Part shown: positions 55,361 to 64,000 of the stretch, one piece after another
How the letters are laid out: each line of letters starts with the position of its first letter
How positions within the stretch are numbered: the first letter of the stretch is position 1
From: a virus
Reading direction: 5' to 3' (one strand)
Length of the DNA: 64,000 nt
Virus record (IMG/VR): IMGVR_UViG_3300010885_072825
Location: 64,001 to 128,000 of that record
Position numbers and translations under genes: made by a program
The notes under the pieces: generated by a model
What the model saw: only the letters and a program-made list of their open reading frames with translations
Database searches by the model: none
What the model was told of the DNA's origin: nothing

Positions 55361-55993
55361 TCACGCTTTCAATATGGTTAGAAATTCTTTATAATTGGCT
55401 TCTCGTTCATCTTCTCCCAGATAACCACCATTAATTCTGCGAGTTACTTCCCGGAAGTTTGCATGATCTACCAAATCATTTAAATGGCGTGTCGTCCAAA
55501 ACCAGCATGCTATTTCAACTGCCGTAACTTTATCAAGAGCTAGATCTGGATTATCAACCAATCGGTTATCATGAAATAAAAATTGACTTGCAGATTGATA
55601 ATTTGCCTTGCCTGTAATTTGAATAATGCCTCGACCTCTATATCGCCATCCATCGCCAGATTCTGGAGCTCCATTTCCCAGTCGACTAGCATATATACTG
55701 TTTGCAATCTTTTCTGGCTGTCGGGCTATTGATAGAGCAGAAGTTACTGTGGGAAAACGATTTGGAAAAGTTTTAGCCAGTCCGGCGGCACTATAATTCA
55801 AATTTTCTAACAGAACCGTATAGTTTGAGCTTTCATGCGCAGTTTGTGCAAAAAATTCAGCAACTTGTTCAACCGTAACAATGTTATATTTTGGCAATAC
55901 AGTTGACAATGCATCAAACCAAGCTGGTATTTCATGATTGTTATGTAAAATTTTTGCTAATTTATCTTGAGTAAAATTAAATGTAAATGTCAT
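55361..55993 (-). CDS. GH19 endolysin
   Basis: FFAQTAHES, ENLNYS, IANSIYA.RLGN, GDGWRYRGRGIIQITGKANY, SA/IACWFW, TRRINGG. Confidence 0.9.
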   Translation of the reverse strand: MTFTFNFTQDKLAKILHNNHEIPAWFDALSTVLPKYNIVTVEQVAEFFAQTAHESSNYTVLLENLNYSAAGLAKTFPNRFPTVTSALSIARQPEKIANSIYASRLGNGAPESGDGWRYRGRGIIQITGKANYQSASQFLFHDNRLVDNPDLALDKVTAVEIACWFWTTRHLNDLVDHANFREVTRRINGGYLGEDEREANYKEFLTILKA

Positions 55994-56002
55994 GTGATTC
56001 CC

Positions 56003-57106
56003 TTATATAATGTCTGGATCCAGTTTTGGCTTAACCGCAGTTCGAATGTTTTGTTTTTCTGGGTGCGTTGTGTCATCTGTGTAAGTAGTTATCGAATCAT
56101 TATTAATGAAAGTAATTAAAGTTTCATTTGTTGGTACCCAAGGCTGGCGATAGTCAATCTTGATTCTTTTCCACCGTTTGTCAGTCTTCTTATATAATAT
56201 CGGGGGTTGATAATCCGTTCTTAGGAAGTAACTGCCAATTGCAGCATCCGGAAATGATTCACCTGAATCAACAGGTTTACTGCCATTTGGCGGAATACCA
56301 TCTCCGGCCCAGATGGATTCTGGTTTGTCTAAATCTGCCGGCAATACATATAAATGTGCTGGTTGAAACGTTCTGAATTGCACTTGGTTTTCTGCTTCGG
56401 CAACAATTGCATCAGAAATTGCCAGTTCTTTATTATAGGTTGATAAAATGTCTGCCAACGTAGAAGGACCATTACCAGTTTTAATTGGGTCTCCATTTGT
56501 GTCAGTGGGGGGTAAATTCAAAATGTTTCTATATTCTTGCGTATCTGAGATGGGTTGACACCTAACTCGCCAAATATGACTTAGCCAATTGGGATCCCAT
56601 CCTTCTGCTGGACGAGTTCCTTCATCAACCACGTAAAATTTGGATACTGCAATATCAGATCCCAACACCAAATCATCACGTAAATGAATTACTTCAATCA
56701 CATCACCCATCATCAATTTTCTACCAATCTGATTGACCATGTCATTTAAGTGAAATGTAATAGATAGAGTATCATTCGTAATTGTCATACCAGCTAAGGT
56801 AAGTCCAAAATCATTGTCTGTAATTTGATAGTGTCCCATTAGTGAATAAATGTCAGGATCATATGTTCTGTCACGTATTTCCATGTTAAGAACATCTTGT
56901 ATATCCAACTCTGGAATAATCGATTGACTAGTTGCTGTATTTGTTAATGTCGCATCACCATTTGCAGTCTGTGTTTCTGGACCCAAATATTTGTGAATCC
57001 AAAATTCTACTCCACCGCGACGGTATTGTTCAGACACAATTCGATCCACAAATTTATAGTCCTTGGATTTTTTACCAAGTCCCTTCCAAAGGGTAAATTT
57101 AGACAT
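56003..57106 (-). CDS. T4 gp14-like neck/head-closure protein
   Basis: IQDVLNMEIRDR.YD, FGL, TFHLNDMV..IGRKLMMGDVIE; late promoter at 57134-57141; upstream of the gp15-like gene. Confidence 0.65.
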   Translation of the reverse strand: MSKFTLWKGLGKKSKDYKFVDRIVSEQYRRGGVEFWIHKYLGPETQTANGDATLTNTATSQSIIPELDIQDVLNMEIRDRTYDPDIYSLMGHYQITDNDFGLTLAGMTITNDTLSITFHLNDMVNQIGRKLMMGDVIEVIHLRDDLVLGSDIAVSKFYVVDEGTRPAEGWDPNWLSHIWRVRCQPISDTQEYRNILNLPPTDTNGDPIKTGNGPSTLADILSTYNKELAISDAIVAEAENQVQFRTFQPAHLYVLPADLDKPESIWAGDGIPPNGSKPVDSGESFPDAAIGSYFLRTDYQPPILYKKTDKRWKRIKIDYRQPWVPTNETLITFINNDSITTYTDDTTHPEKQNIRTAVKPKLDPDII

Positions 57107-57164
57107 TGACTTTTCTTTCAAACATGCATATGATATTTATGCAGAAATTTGAAAGGTATATCTC

Positions 57165-57281
57165 GTGTTCCCATTTAAAAAGCCCCGACATCTAGATGAT
57201 GTGATTCTAGTGATTGGACTTGCGCCACAGGTTGGGGCAATTGTGTTTTTCGCTTATCTTTATTTGACAGGAAAAATCTAA
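57165..57281 (+). CDS. 38-aa membrane peptide (below cutoff)
   Basis: GTG start; MFPFKKPRHLDDVILVIGLAPQVGAIVFFAYLYLTGKI. Confidence 0.4.
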   Translation: MFPFKKPRHLDDVILVIGLAPQVGAIVFFAYLYLTGKI

Positions 57282-57334
57282 TTTGATATAAATAAAATAT
57301 GCTGGGTTCCAGCATATTTTTAGGAGATATAATT

Positions 57335-57466
57335 ATGTCATTATCAGATATTTTCCGTGCTTATAATCATGCTTGTGTCACTCACAACAAGGAAGATGAA
57401 AAGAAATGGTACTTGGAAATTTTGAAACTCAGCCTTCGTCGAGAACCAACTCAACGTGCTCGTTGA
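57335..57466 (+). CDS. 43-aa late peptide (below cutoff)
   Basis: TATAAATA at 57287-57294, 12-bp hairpin, SD AGGAG; MSLSDIFRAYNHACVTHNKEDEKKWYLEILKLSLRREPTQRAR. Confidence 0.6.
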   Translation: MSLSDIFRAYNHACVTHNKEDEKKWYLEILKLSLRREPTQRAR

Positions 57467-57547
57467 TTTTTTGACTTGACAAACTGACTTTAGACGTTTA
57501 TCCTTGTTGAAATCCTAGATAGGGATTTCCGATAGAGAGAGAAAACA

Positions 57548-57784
57548 ATGAACAACCAAGATCTAAAACGTGATTTTGAAAACATTCTAACTGAAGTTCG
57601 GCTTGGAGAAATTGATAGCACGATTGGGCGAGTAATTATCGAAGCTGAAAAATATATTAGATATCTAGAAGATTTTGAAACTCGCGCTCGCAAGTTTGAA
57701 GCTGTTCTAGAAAAGATGGCAGCAACCAATGATCCAGAAATCAACAAGGTTCTGGAGACATATTTCAAGGAATTTGAAGCATGA
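57548..57784 (+). CDS. Hypothetical protein
   Basis: TTGACA-17-TATCCT promoter from 57476; ATGA overlap with the next gene. Confidence 0.6.
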   Translation: MNNQDLKRDFENILTEVRLGEIDSTIGRVIIEAEKYIRYLEDFETRARKFEAVLEKMAATNDPEINKVLETYFKEFEA

Positions 57785-58344
57785 CCAAATCTCACACCAA
57801 GTTTTTCCTAGTACTTGCAGGAGCAATTGCTATCGCGAGTACATCGATGACGCCTGCTTGGGCTCGTTTTTCTAGCAGCACTTATCACAGTAGCTCTAAT
57901 TCATACCACAGTAATTCTAGTTCTAGTTCAACAAGTCGATATTCCAGTCCACGCTATTCTAGTTCAAATTACAAGTCTTCACCAGTAACCACCACAAAGT
58001 ATACCAGTTCTGGATATGTTTCCAGCGGATCAATTACCGCTAGTCGACCAATCCAGACCGCTCCAAATTATGCGAATCGATCCACATATAATGCACCAAC
58101 AACTACGTATGTGCATCATGACTCTGGGATTCTAGGCAACCCATTCTTTTGGATGTGGGCCATGGATCGTCATCAACAGCCTGTTTATGTGAATGGGGCG
58201 CAGCCTGCGGTTCAACAGGGCGCTACAGCAGACTATAGTTCACCGAATCCAATTGGTGCATTTTTTGGATGGTTGATCCAGCTAGCTATCCTTGTGGGAA
58301 TTGGTTGGGCAATTTGGTATTTCTTTTTCCGAAAGAAATTTTAA
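57781..58344 (+). CDS. Exported Ser/Tyr-rich membrane-anchored protein
   Basis: Signal peptide ending PAWA, Ser-rich low-complexity region, FFWMW, C-terminal TM helix followed by RKK. Confidence 0.7.
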   Translation: MTKSHTKFFLVLAGAIAIASTSMTPAWARFSSSTYHSSSNSYHSNSSSSSTSRYSSPRYSSSNYKSSPVTTTKYTSSGYVSSGSITASRPIQTAPNYANRSTYNAPTTTYVHHDSGILGNPFFWMWAMDRHQQPVYVNGAQPAVQQGATADYSSPNPIGAFFGWLIQLAILVGIGWAIWYFFFRKKF

Positions 58345-58359
58345 AAATATATAATCTCG

Positions 58360-58659
58360 ATGATCTATTCCAAAAAAGAATTTATTGGTCACTTGATCAA
58401 ACAATACCCCGGACAGGTCCGGACATTGGGACAAAAATTTCTCAATAAGTGGCCTGTCTGGGAATTTGTTTTGGTTCATCATTTAACCCATTTGAAATGG
58501 CGTGTAGATCAAGAAAATTGGATAGAAAATCTCTGTGATCGAGTATCCAATGACGTTGAATTCAATATCAGTACTGGATACAAGGATAATTGGCGAATTA
58601 TCTATTTGACCTTTCATTCCAGGGAAGAGGCTTTTGAATTTCAAATGACTTATCTATGA
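58360..58659 (+). CDS. Hypothetical protein with shared C-terminal motif
   Basis: Ends FHSREEAFEFQMTYL. Confidence 0.6.
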   Translation: MIYSKKEFIGHLIKQYPGQVRTLGQKFLNKWPVWEFVLVHHLTHLKWRVDQENWIENLCDRVSNDVEFNISTGYKDNWRIIYLTFHSREEAFEFQMTYL

Positions 58660-58946
58660 AAGTCAGATTAGTTGCTGACAAAATAAATCGCGATCATTCA
58701 ACCAAATGGATGTATTCAATTTGGTGGCAAAATTTTTCAAAACATGATAAATTTCAAAAACAGTCAGAAACAAGACTCAATTCATATCCACATATAGATG
58801 TTGATTCATATAGACAAGACTACAAAAATACTGCTAATGACTTGTTAAAATCATTCAATGGGGCATATAATTATACAGACAGTGAATTTATTTTGGAATT
58901 TGAATCCGAAGAAGATTTCCTTGAATTTAAAATGACATGGAGTTGA
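58656..58946 (+). CDS. Hypothetical protein with shared C-terminal motif
   Basis: Ends FESEEDFLEFKMTWS. Confidence 0.6.
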   Translation: MKVRLVADKINRDHSTKWMYSIWWQNFSKHDKFQKQSETRLNSYPHIDVDSYRQDYKNTANDLLKSFNGAYNYTDSEFILEFESEEDFLEFKMTWS

Positions 58947-59446
58947 AATTGGAAATTATTGGTCCATTTGATTTTCAAGAATATGATGCACATCAAATTG
59001 ATTGCATCATCAGCAAATACCATCCATCCAATGATCGTTCAATCAAGCTACTAAATTTATTAAAATCGGCAACTGAAACTTCAACTGAAACCGCAACTGA
59101 ACAAATTGAGAAACGACAACAAAGTCGACGTCAACTGCTTTTTGATGAACAAATGCATATATGGACAAACGTTGAACGACCTCATATAATTTTGGGAATA
59201 GAAAAATTATTTGAAACACGGATACGACAGCCATTCCATTTTATGCATATTGAAAGGCAACACAGCTATTCAACTCGAGATCACTCAAGCGTCATTGGGG
59301 TTGTTAATGGATTGGCTGATTTTGAGAAAACCAGTTATGTTTATCCCAAAGTTCAAAGAGTTACCTGGGGCATATTCTTAGCAGATAAACCTGAATTAGA
59401 AGAGTTGAAGCAAGAAATCATACTTGAATGGAAATTCAATCAATAA
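58937..59446 (+). CDS. Hypothetical protein
   Basis: Ends ELKQEIILEWKFNQ. Confidence 0.55.
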   Translation: MELKLEIIGPFDFQEYDAHQIDCIISKYHPSNDRSIKLLNLLKSATETSTETATEQIEKRQQSRRQLLFDEQMHIWTNVERPHIILGIEKLFETRIRQPFHFMHIERQHSYSTRDHSSVIGVVNGLADFEKTSYVYPKVQRVTWGIFLADKPELEELKQEIILEWKFNQ

Positions 59447-59488
59447 TTTTTCAATAGACTCTTGACAATACAATTGCTTATAAACATA

Positions 59489-59549
59489 TGAAGCGCTGAA
59501 CGGCATTAGGTGCGTTCAAAAATCAAATCTTGCTTTTAAAGGAGAACAT
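59489..59549 (+). promoter_or_regulatory. ROSE-like RNA thermometer in the dnaK leader
   Basis: 5' hairpin UGAAGCGC...GUGCGUUCA, then UCUUGCU (59528-59534) pairing with SD AGGAGA (59540-59545) with a bulged G. Confidence 0.6.
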
Positions 59550-61394
59550 ATGACTACAATTGGTATTGACTTGGGCACAGGGAATTCCTGTGTTGCTGTG
59601 ATTGAAGACGGTAAAGCACGAGTAATTGAAAATTCAGAGGGTGCTAGAACAACTCCTTCAGTTGTCGCGTTTACAGATTCTGAAATACTCATCGGACAGC
59701 CCGCTAAACGACAAGCAGCAACGAATCCTGCTAGAACAATTCACGCTGCTAAAAGACTTATTGGCCGCAGTTTTGCAGACAAAACATTAAAAAATACTGT
59801 CAACATCCTACCCTATAAAGTAGTAAAGAACAAAAATGGCGATGCTGCCATTTCAGTAGATGACAAAGTTTTGAGTCCCGAAGAAATTTCTGCAAAAGTA
59901 CTCATTAAAATGAAGGAAACTGCTGAAGAATATTTGGGCAAAAAAGTAACTGATGCTGTTATTACATGCCCAGCTTATTTCAATGATGCACAGCGACAAG
60001 CTACTAAGGCCGCTGGGCAAATTGCCGGTCTAAATGTGCTCCGAGTAATTAATGAACCAACCGCTGCCAGCTTAGCATTTGGTTTAGATGGCAAAAAGTC
60101 AGGAAAATATGTTGTCTGGGACGCTGGTTCTGGAACATTTGACGTAAGCGTCATGGATATTTCAGATGGTGTTTTTGAAGTTCTCAGTACCAACGGTGAT
60201 GTTACACTTGGCGGTGAAGATATCGACCATCTAATTGTGGAATGGGCTATCAAAGAATTTGCAAAAGATAATTCTATTGATCTCAAAAAGGATGCCATGG
60301 CCCTGCAACGAGTTCGTGATGCTGCTGAAAAAGCCAAAATTGAACTCAGTTCAACTCTTCAAACTGAAATCAACCTACCCTATATTTCAGCTGATGCTAC
60401 TGGACCCAAGCATATGGTACTTAAACTGAATCGAGCTACTCTGGAAAACATGATTCAGCCACTTGTCGCTCGCATGATTGAACCCGCTAAAAAAGCACTC
60501 AAAGATTCTGGACTTGATGTTGGACAAATTGATGAAATCATCATGGTCGGTGGTACTACTCGTATCCCGGCAGTGCGTGAAGCTGTTAAAACATTGTTTG
60601 GTAAGGAACCCAACTATTCAGTCAATCCCGACGAAGCTGTTGCTATTGGTGCTGCCATCCAGGGATCAATTCTAAAGGGTGATATTAAAGACGTTCTACT
60701 CCTGGATGTTACACCACTTACACTGGGAATTGAAACTCAGGGAGGGGTGTTTACGCCTCTGATTGAACGCAACACCACTATCCCAATCAAGAAGCAACAA
60801 ACCTTCTCAACTGCAACTGACAATCAACCAGCTGTTACTATACGAGTATTCCAAGGAGAACGTCAGTTTGCAAACGACAACAAACTGCTGGGACAGTTTG
60901 ATCTAACTGATATTCCTCCAGCTCCGCGTGGAGTTCCACAAATTGAAGTAGCATTTGACATTGATGCTTCTGGCATTGTCAGTGTTTCTGCAAAGGATCT
61001 GGCAACCAATAAAAGTCATGCCATTAAGATACAGGACAATGGCGGCCTGTCAGAAGATGATATTAAGCGTATGATTGCAGAAGCTGAAGCTCATGCTGCT
61101 GAAGATGCTGCTAGAAAAGAACTAGTAAATGCAAAAAATACAGCAGAAATGATCATCAACTCCACTGAAAAATCACTAAAAGAAGTGGGTGACAAACTAG
61201 CTGAAACTGATCGCCTGGACATTGAAGCTGCTATTGCGGCTTTAAAAACAGAACTTGAATCGGATAATCTAGTAGCGATTCAGGAAGCACAACAAACAGT
61301 CTTGGCTCGATCACAAAAGATTGGTGAAGTAATGTATGCTGAAACCAAGTCTGCTGATTCAGTACAAGATGCTGAATTCACCGAAGTTAACTGA
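59550..61394 (+). CDS. dnaK: Hsp70 chaperone DnaK
   Basis: [71 protein letters not shown]-terminal VQDAEFTEV. Confidence 0.97.
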   Translation: MTTIGIDLGTGNSCVAVIEDGKARVIENSEGARTTPSVVAFTDSEILIGQPAKRQAATNPARTIHAAKRLIGRSFADKTLKNTVNILPYKVVKNKNGDAAISVDDKVLSPEEISAKVLIKMKETAEEYLGKKVTDAVITCPAYFNDAQRQATKAAGQIAGLNVLRVINEPTAASLAFGLDGKKSGKYVVWDAGSGTFDVSVMDISDGVFEVLSTNGDVTLGGEDIDHLIVEWAIKEFAKDNSIDLKKDAMALQRVRDAAEKAKIELSSTLQTEINLPYISADATGPKHMVLKLNRATLENMIQPLVARMIEPAKKALKDSGLDVGQIDEIIMVGGTTRIPAVREAVKTLFGKEPNYSVNPDEAVAIGAAIQGSILKGDIKDVLLLDVTPLTLGIETQGGVFTPLIERNTTIPIKKQQTFSTATDNQPAVTIRVFQGERQFANDNKLLGQFDLTDIPPAPRGVPQIEVAFDIDASGIVSVSAKDLATNKSHAIKIQDNGGLSEDDIKRMIAEAEAHAAEDAARKELVNAKNTAEMIINSTEKSLKEVGDKLAETDRLDIEAAIAALKTELESDNLVAIQEAQQTVLARSQKIGEVMYAETKSADSVQDAEFTEVN

Positions 61395-61446
61395 TTGACT
61401 TTCCCAGTCGATCCAAATATTATTCAGTCCACAAAAGAAAGATAAT

Positions 61447-62463
61447 ATGATGGGTCGACTGGGAACTCCCTGTAAATGGATCAGCAGTGCTGAGGATATT
61501 AATGGCATCGCCAAAGATTCTCCCACTAAAAAATTCAATACACAGACCACAACAATCACATGGCTGAACAACAATCCCGACAAAGCTGAACAGAGATTGT
61601 TAGACATTGCACTAGCAAATATCACAGCCCTCAAATTACTAGCTGCAGAAGTTGCTGCTCAACCTGCCATTATGCATATGCTGCGAATGGGATCTGATAT
61701 ACTGCCTGCATACACAGAAAATTCCTGGAGTTGGTTTTGGCAACAAGCAGATATTAAAAAATTGCTAGAGCAACAATTTGCTGAATTAGGTGAAATACTT
61801 CAAAAAAACTCAATCAAATCAAGCTTTCATCCCGGACAATTTTGTTGTATAGTGTCCGACAAGCCAGACGTGGTAGATCGCAGTTTGGCTGAATTAGAAT
61901 ATCACGCAGATATGGCACGCATGATGAATTTCGGCAAATCAAAACTGGATTTTAAAATCAATGTGCATTTGAGTGGCAAACTGGGAGCAGCTGGTTTTGA
62001 TGCTGCTTGGCAACGAATGTCGCCTGAATTGAGAAACTGTTTGACTATTGAAAATGATGAATACCAAGCTGGTATTGATGCAATTTTACCACTATCCAAA
62101 TATGTGGGTATTGTACTTGACGTGCATCATCATTTTATCAATTCTGGTGAATATTTCTCAGCAACTGATCCACGTATTTCACAAATTTGTGATAGCTGGT
62201 GTAGTGTTAGACCTACTATGCATTATAGCCAAAGCAATTGGGAATATTTGGAACCATTTACAGACTGTTTGCCCAGCTTGGAACAACTAGTTGCTAACGT
62301 ACCACGTGGTCGACTCCGAAGCCACAGTGATTTCTACAATCATCGACTACTTAATGCTTGGGCACTAGAGCATTTGAATTGGGCTGACATTATGTGTGAG
62401 TCAAAGTCTAAGAACTTGGGTGTACAACAGCTGATTCAGCAGTTGAAATCAACGACGGTTTGA
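61447..62463 (+). CDS. uvsE: UV damage endonuclease (UvsE/UvdE)
   Basis: LRMGSD.LP, SFHPGQF, LAELEYH, INVH, LTIENDE, VLDVHHH, PTMHYSQ, HSD, DIMCESK.K. Confidence 0.9.
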   Translation: MMGRLGTPCKWISSAEDINGIAKDSPTKKFNTQTTTITWLNNNPDKAEQRLLDIALANITALKLLAAEVAAQPAIMHMLRMGSDILPAYTENSWSWFWQQADIKKLLEQQFAELGEILQKNSIKSSFHPGQFCCIVSDKPDVVDRSLAELEYHADMARMMNFGKSKLDFKINVHLSGKLGAAGFDAAWQRMSPELRNCLTIENDEYQAGIDAILPLSKYVGIVLDVHHHFINSGEYFSATDPRISQICDSWCSVRPTMHYSQSNWEYLEPFTDCLPSLEQLVANVPRGRLRSHSDFYNHRLLNAWALEHLNWADIMCESKSKNLGVQQLIQQLKSTTV

Positions 62464-62467
62464 TAAC

Positions 62468-63496
62468 TTAAAATACCTTAATCAAAATACAATCTGAATT
62501 CAAACGTCCTGTTGGTTGATGTGCTTTGCCTTTGACATAGTCAGCAAACACAATCTTAGCGCGCTTGGCACTGCTCAAGTTAGTTTCAGTTAGCATTTCA
62601 CGCGGCTTTCGAATAGTTTTTCCCCAGCTTAGCGCCGGATCAAATCCCGAAATATTGCTGGTTGACAAATCCAATCCCGTTTCTGATTCATAGTACCAAA
62701 GAATTCGATTCTTGGTATTGAATACTAGTGCCGTCTTTGCGCCCACAATCTGTCCTGGATCAACTCCAACCAGTCCCCATTCCACATCCAGCTGTTTGGA
62801 TTTGACTTGGCTGGCTTTCTTCTGTGTTTTTAAACTCTGCGTCTTTCGACCAGCAACGGTAGCATTTCCAGTCCTAGCTGCCAGCACATTGTTGACAATC
62901 ATAAGTGGCATCACTGTTTCACTTACAGCAGGATTGGCTAGTGATTTTACTACCAGCATATAATCTTCATGATAATGCTTGTAGAGCTTTTTCAATAGAT
63001 TGGTTGATGGCTGAGTTTGTCGAATTAGTTGATCCAATTTGGTTTGAATCAGATCTGGGGTTTGTCGATTATGCCACCAAATTTGATCAATACGGCTAAA
63101 CATGTTGACATATTGAATTGTCTGTCTTTGACGAGCTGAGAGTTCAATATCAGGTTCTTCAGTTTGATGCGACACGTTTTGACGAATCTTTCGCATTTCT
63201 TTATCAAACCAGTCTTGTGTCTGCTCAGTCAATTCACCACCATTGTTTGAAACCCAAGCAATCTTGCCAACTGACAAGAATCGCCAATCTGGTGCAGCCT
63301 CATACCAATCCCAGTCGTGATCATTCAATTCACACCAAGTTTTTGTATGTTGTTTTAGTTCAGCATTGTTAAATTCATGTCGAGCATAACCTATTGCAGC
63401 ATGATACAACATGGCATAATCGGTATTTGAAACAGTCAAATCATTAAAGTCTGGTAAATCACCACGTTGTCCAAAAGATGTATCATGTTTCGACAT
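62468..63496 (-). CDS. Hypothetical phage protein
   Basis: 342 aa, SD AGGAG; C-terminal VFNTKNR...KTIRKP...TGRLNSDCILIKVF. Confidence 0.7.
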   Translation of the reverse strand: MSKHDTSFGQRGDLPDFNDLTVSNTDYAMLYHAAIGYARHEFNNAELKQHTKTWCELNDHDWDWYEAAPDWRFLSVGKIAWVSNNGGELTEQTQDWFDKEMRKIRQNVSHQTEEPDIELSARQRQTIQYVNMFSRIDQIWWHNRQTPDLIQTKLDQLIRQTQPSTNLLKKLYKHYHEDYMLVVKSLANPAVSETVMPLMIVNNVLAARTGNATVAGRKTQSLKTQKKASQVKSKQLDVEWGLVGVDPGQIVGAKTALVFNTKNRILWYYESETGLDLSTSNISGFDPALSWGKTIRKPREMLTETNLSSAKRAKIVFADYVKGKAHQPTGRLNSDCILIKVF

Positions 63497-63564
63497 TGAA
63501 ATCTCCTATGCCAAATGATACATTTTTTGTTGTTAAAAGTCAACAGTTTATTTTTGATAAAAAT

Positions 63565-63999
63565 TTATATGGTTGTCAGTAGTTCTTGTAATTTTTTCTT
63601 ATCAGATAGGTTCAACATGTTGAATTTTTTTGATAGTCGTTTATTGTTAGCTTGATATTCAATCTGTATTTCTTGAAAATCAATTTCACGGACGAGATTC
63701 TGTAGAGCTCGGCAGGCTTGTTTGGAGGGTTGATGCATTTCAATTTGAAGTTGGTTTGTGATGTTTCCTCCGAATATTAGTCGTATTGCTCCGTCAGCTA
63801 GGAAATCATAATTTCGGTTATATCCCATTTCACTGGCAATTTTTTCGTGTCCAAACATTCTATCAACTTTTAAAAATGTACCAGTTGGCGAAATCCAACC
63901 ACCATAAGTGCCTTTGGGTAATTGATATATTTCAGTAGCAACAGATTCAGTTAATGTATCTTTGATTTGGTCAAAATATTCTAGACAGTCAGCCTTCAA
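63565..63999 (-). CDS. Hypothetical protein, probably 5'-truncated by the window edge
   Basis: TLTES motif followed by GWISPTG.F...H; frame open to the edge. Confidence 0.5.
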   Translation of the reverse strand: MKADCLEYFDQIKDTLTESVATEIYQLPKGTYGGWISPTGTFLKVDRMFGHEKIASEMGYNRNYDFLADGAIRLIFGGNITNQLQIEMHQPSKQACRALQNLVREIDFQEIQIEYQANNKRLSKKFNMLNLSDKKKLQELLTTI

Positions 64000-64000
64000 A

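Noticed and set aside
59447-59549. CIRCE operator before dnaK
   Set aside because: No TTAGCACTC-N9-GAGTGCTAA; the hairpins fit a ROSE-like element better
59550-62463. Bacterial chromosome contamination suggested by dnaK, rpoD, thyA and purA
   Set aside because: These genes lack their bacterial operon partners and sit among phage structural genes with the same promoter motifs and similar AT-rich composition
910-63372. Numerous short overlapping antisense or alternate-frame ORFs in the track (e.g. 5444-5887, 7792-8271, 49368-49823, 59975-60337)
   Set aside because: They lie within well-supported genes and show no SD, promoter or recognisable motifs
1-64000. tRNA or rRNA genes
   Set aside because: No cloverleaf with a T-loop GTTCRA in the short intergenic gaps inspected by eye; tRNAscan-SE would be needed to exclude them fully

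Overview
AT-rich, densely coding segment of a large T4-like (jumbo) myovirus genome read in the standard genetic code. The RpoD and DnaK sequences and the ROSE-like leader suggest an alphaproteobacterial host (inference). Core phage genes: intein-containing UvsX/RecA (partial), gp32-like SSB, gp17-like terminase, RNase H-like 5'-3' exonuclease, thyA, folA, tail fiber with adhesin and chaperone, gp14/gp15-like neck and tail proteins, GH19 endolysin and spanins. Accessory genes: two RNA ligases, a PNK-like kinase and Thg1; Nampt plus NadM-NUDIX; a divergent PurA; three vWA proteins and a MoxR ATPase; QueE, AlkB, UvsE, RpoD, DnaK and a secreted GH5 cellulase; and an RyR-domain/heme oxygenase/PcyA operon. 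Features the ORF track misses: (i) a transposase-less TnpB element that splits a small gene, with both junctions, an omegaRNA-like 3' structure and its own late promoter visible; (ii) about 20 nATAAATA late promoters, several apparently giving leaderless mRNAs and sitting inside hairpins; (iii) late 'cargo' genes with L-x-E-S propeptide-like motifs, including an apparent three-module polyprotein; (iv) a C-terminal motif shared by unrelated small proteins; (v) RNA leaders at dnaK, the two NAD genes, gp32 and a vWA gene. All calls come from motif reading only; no database searches were run.
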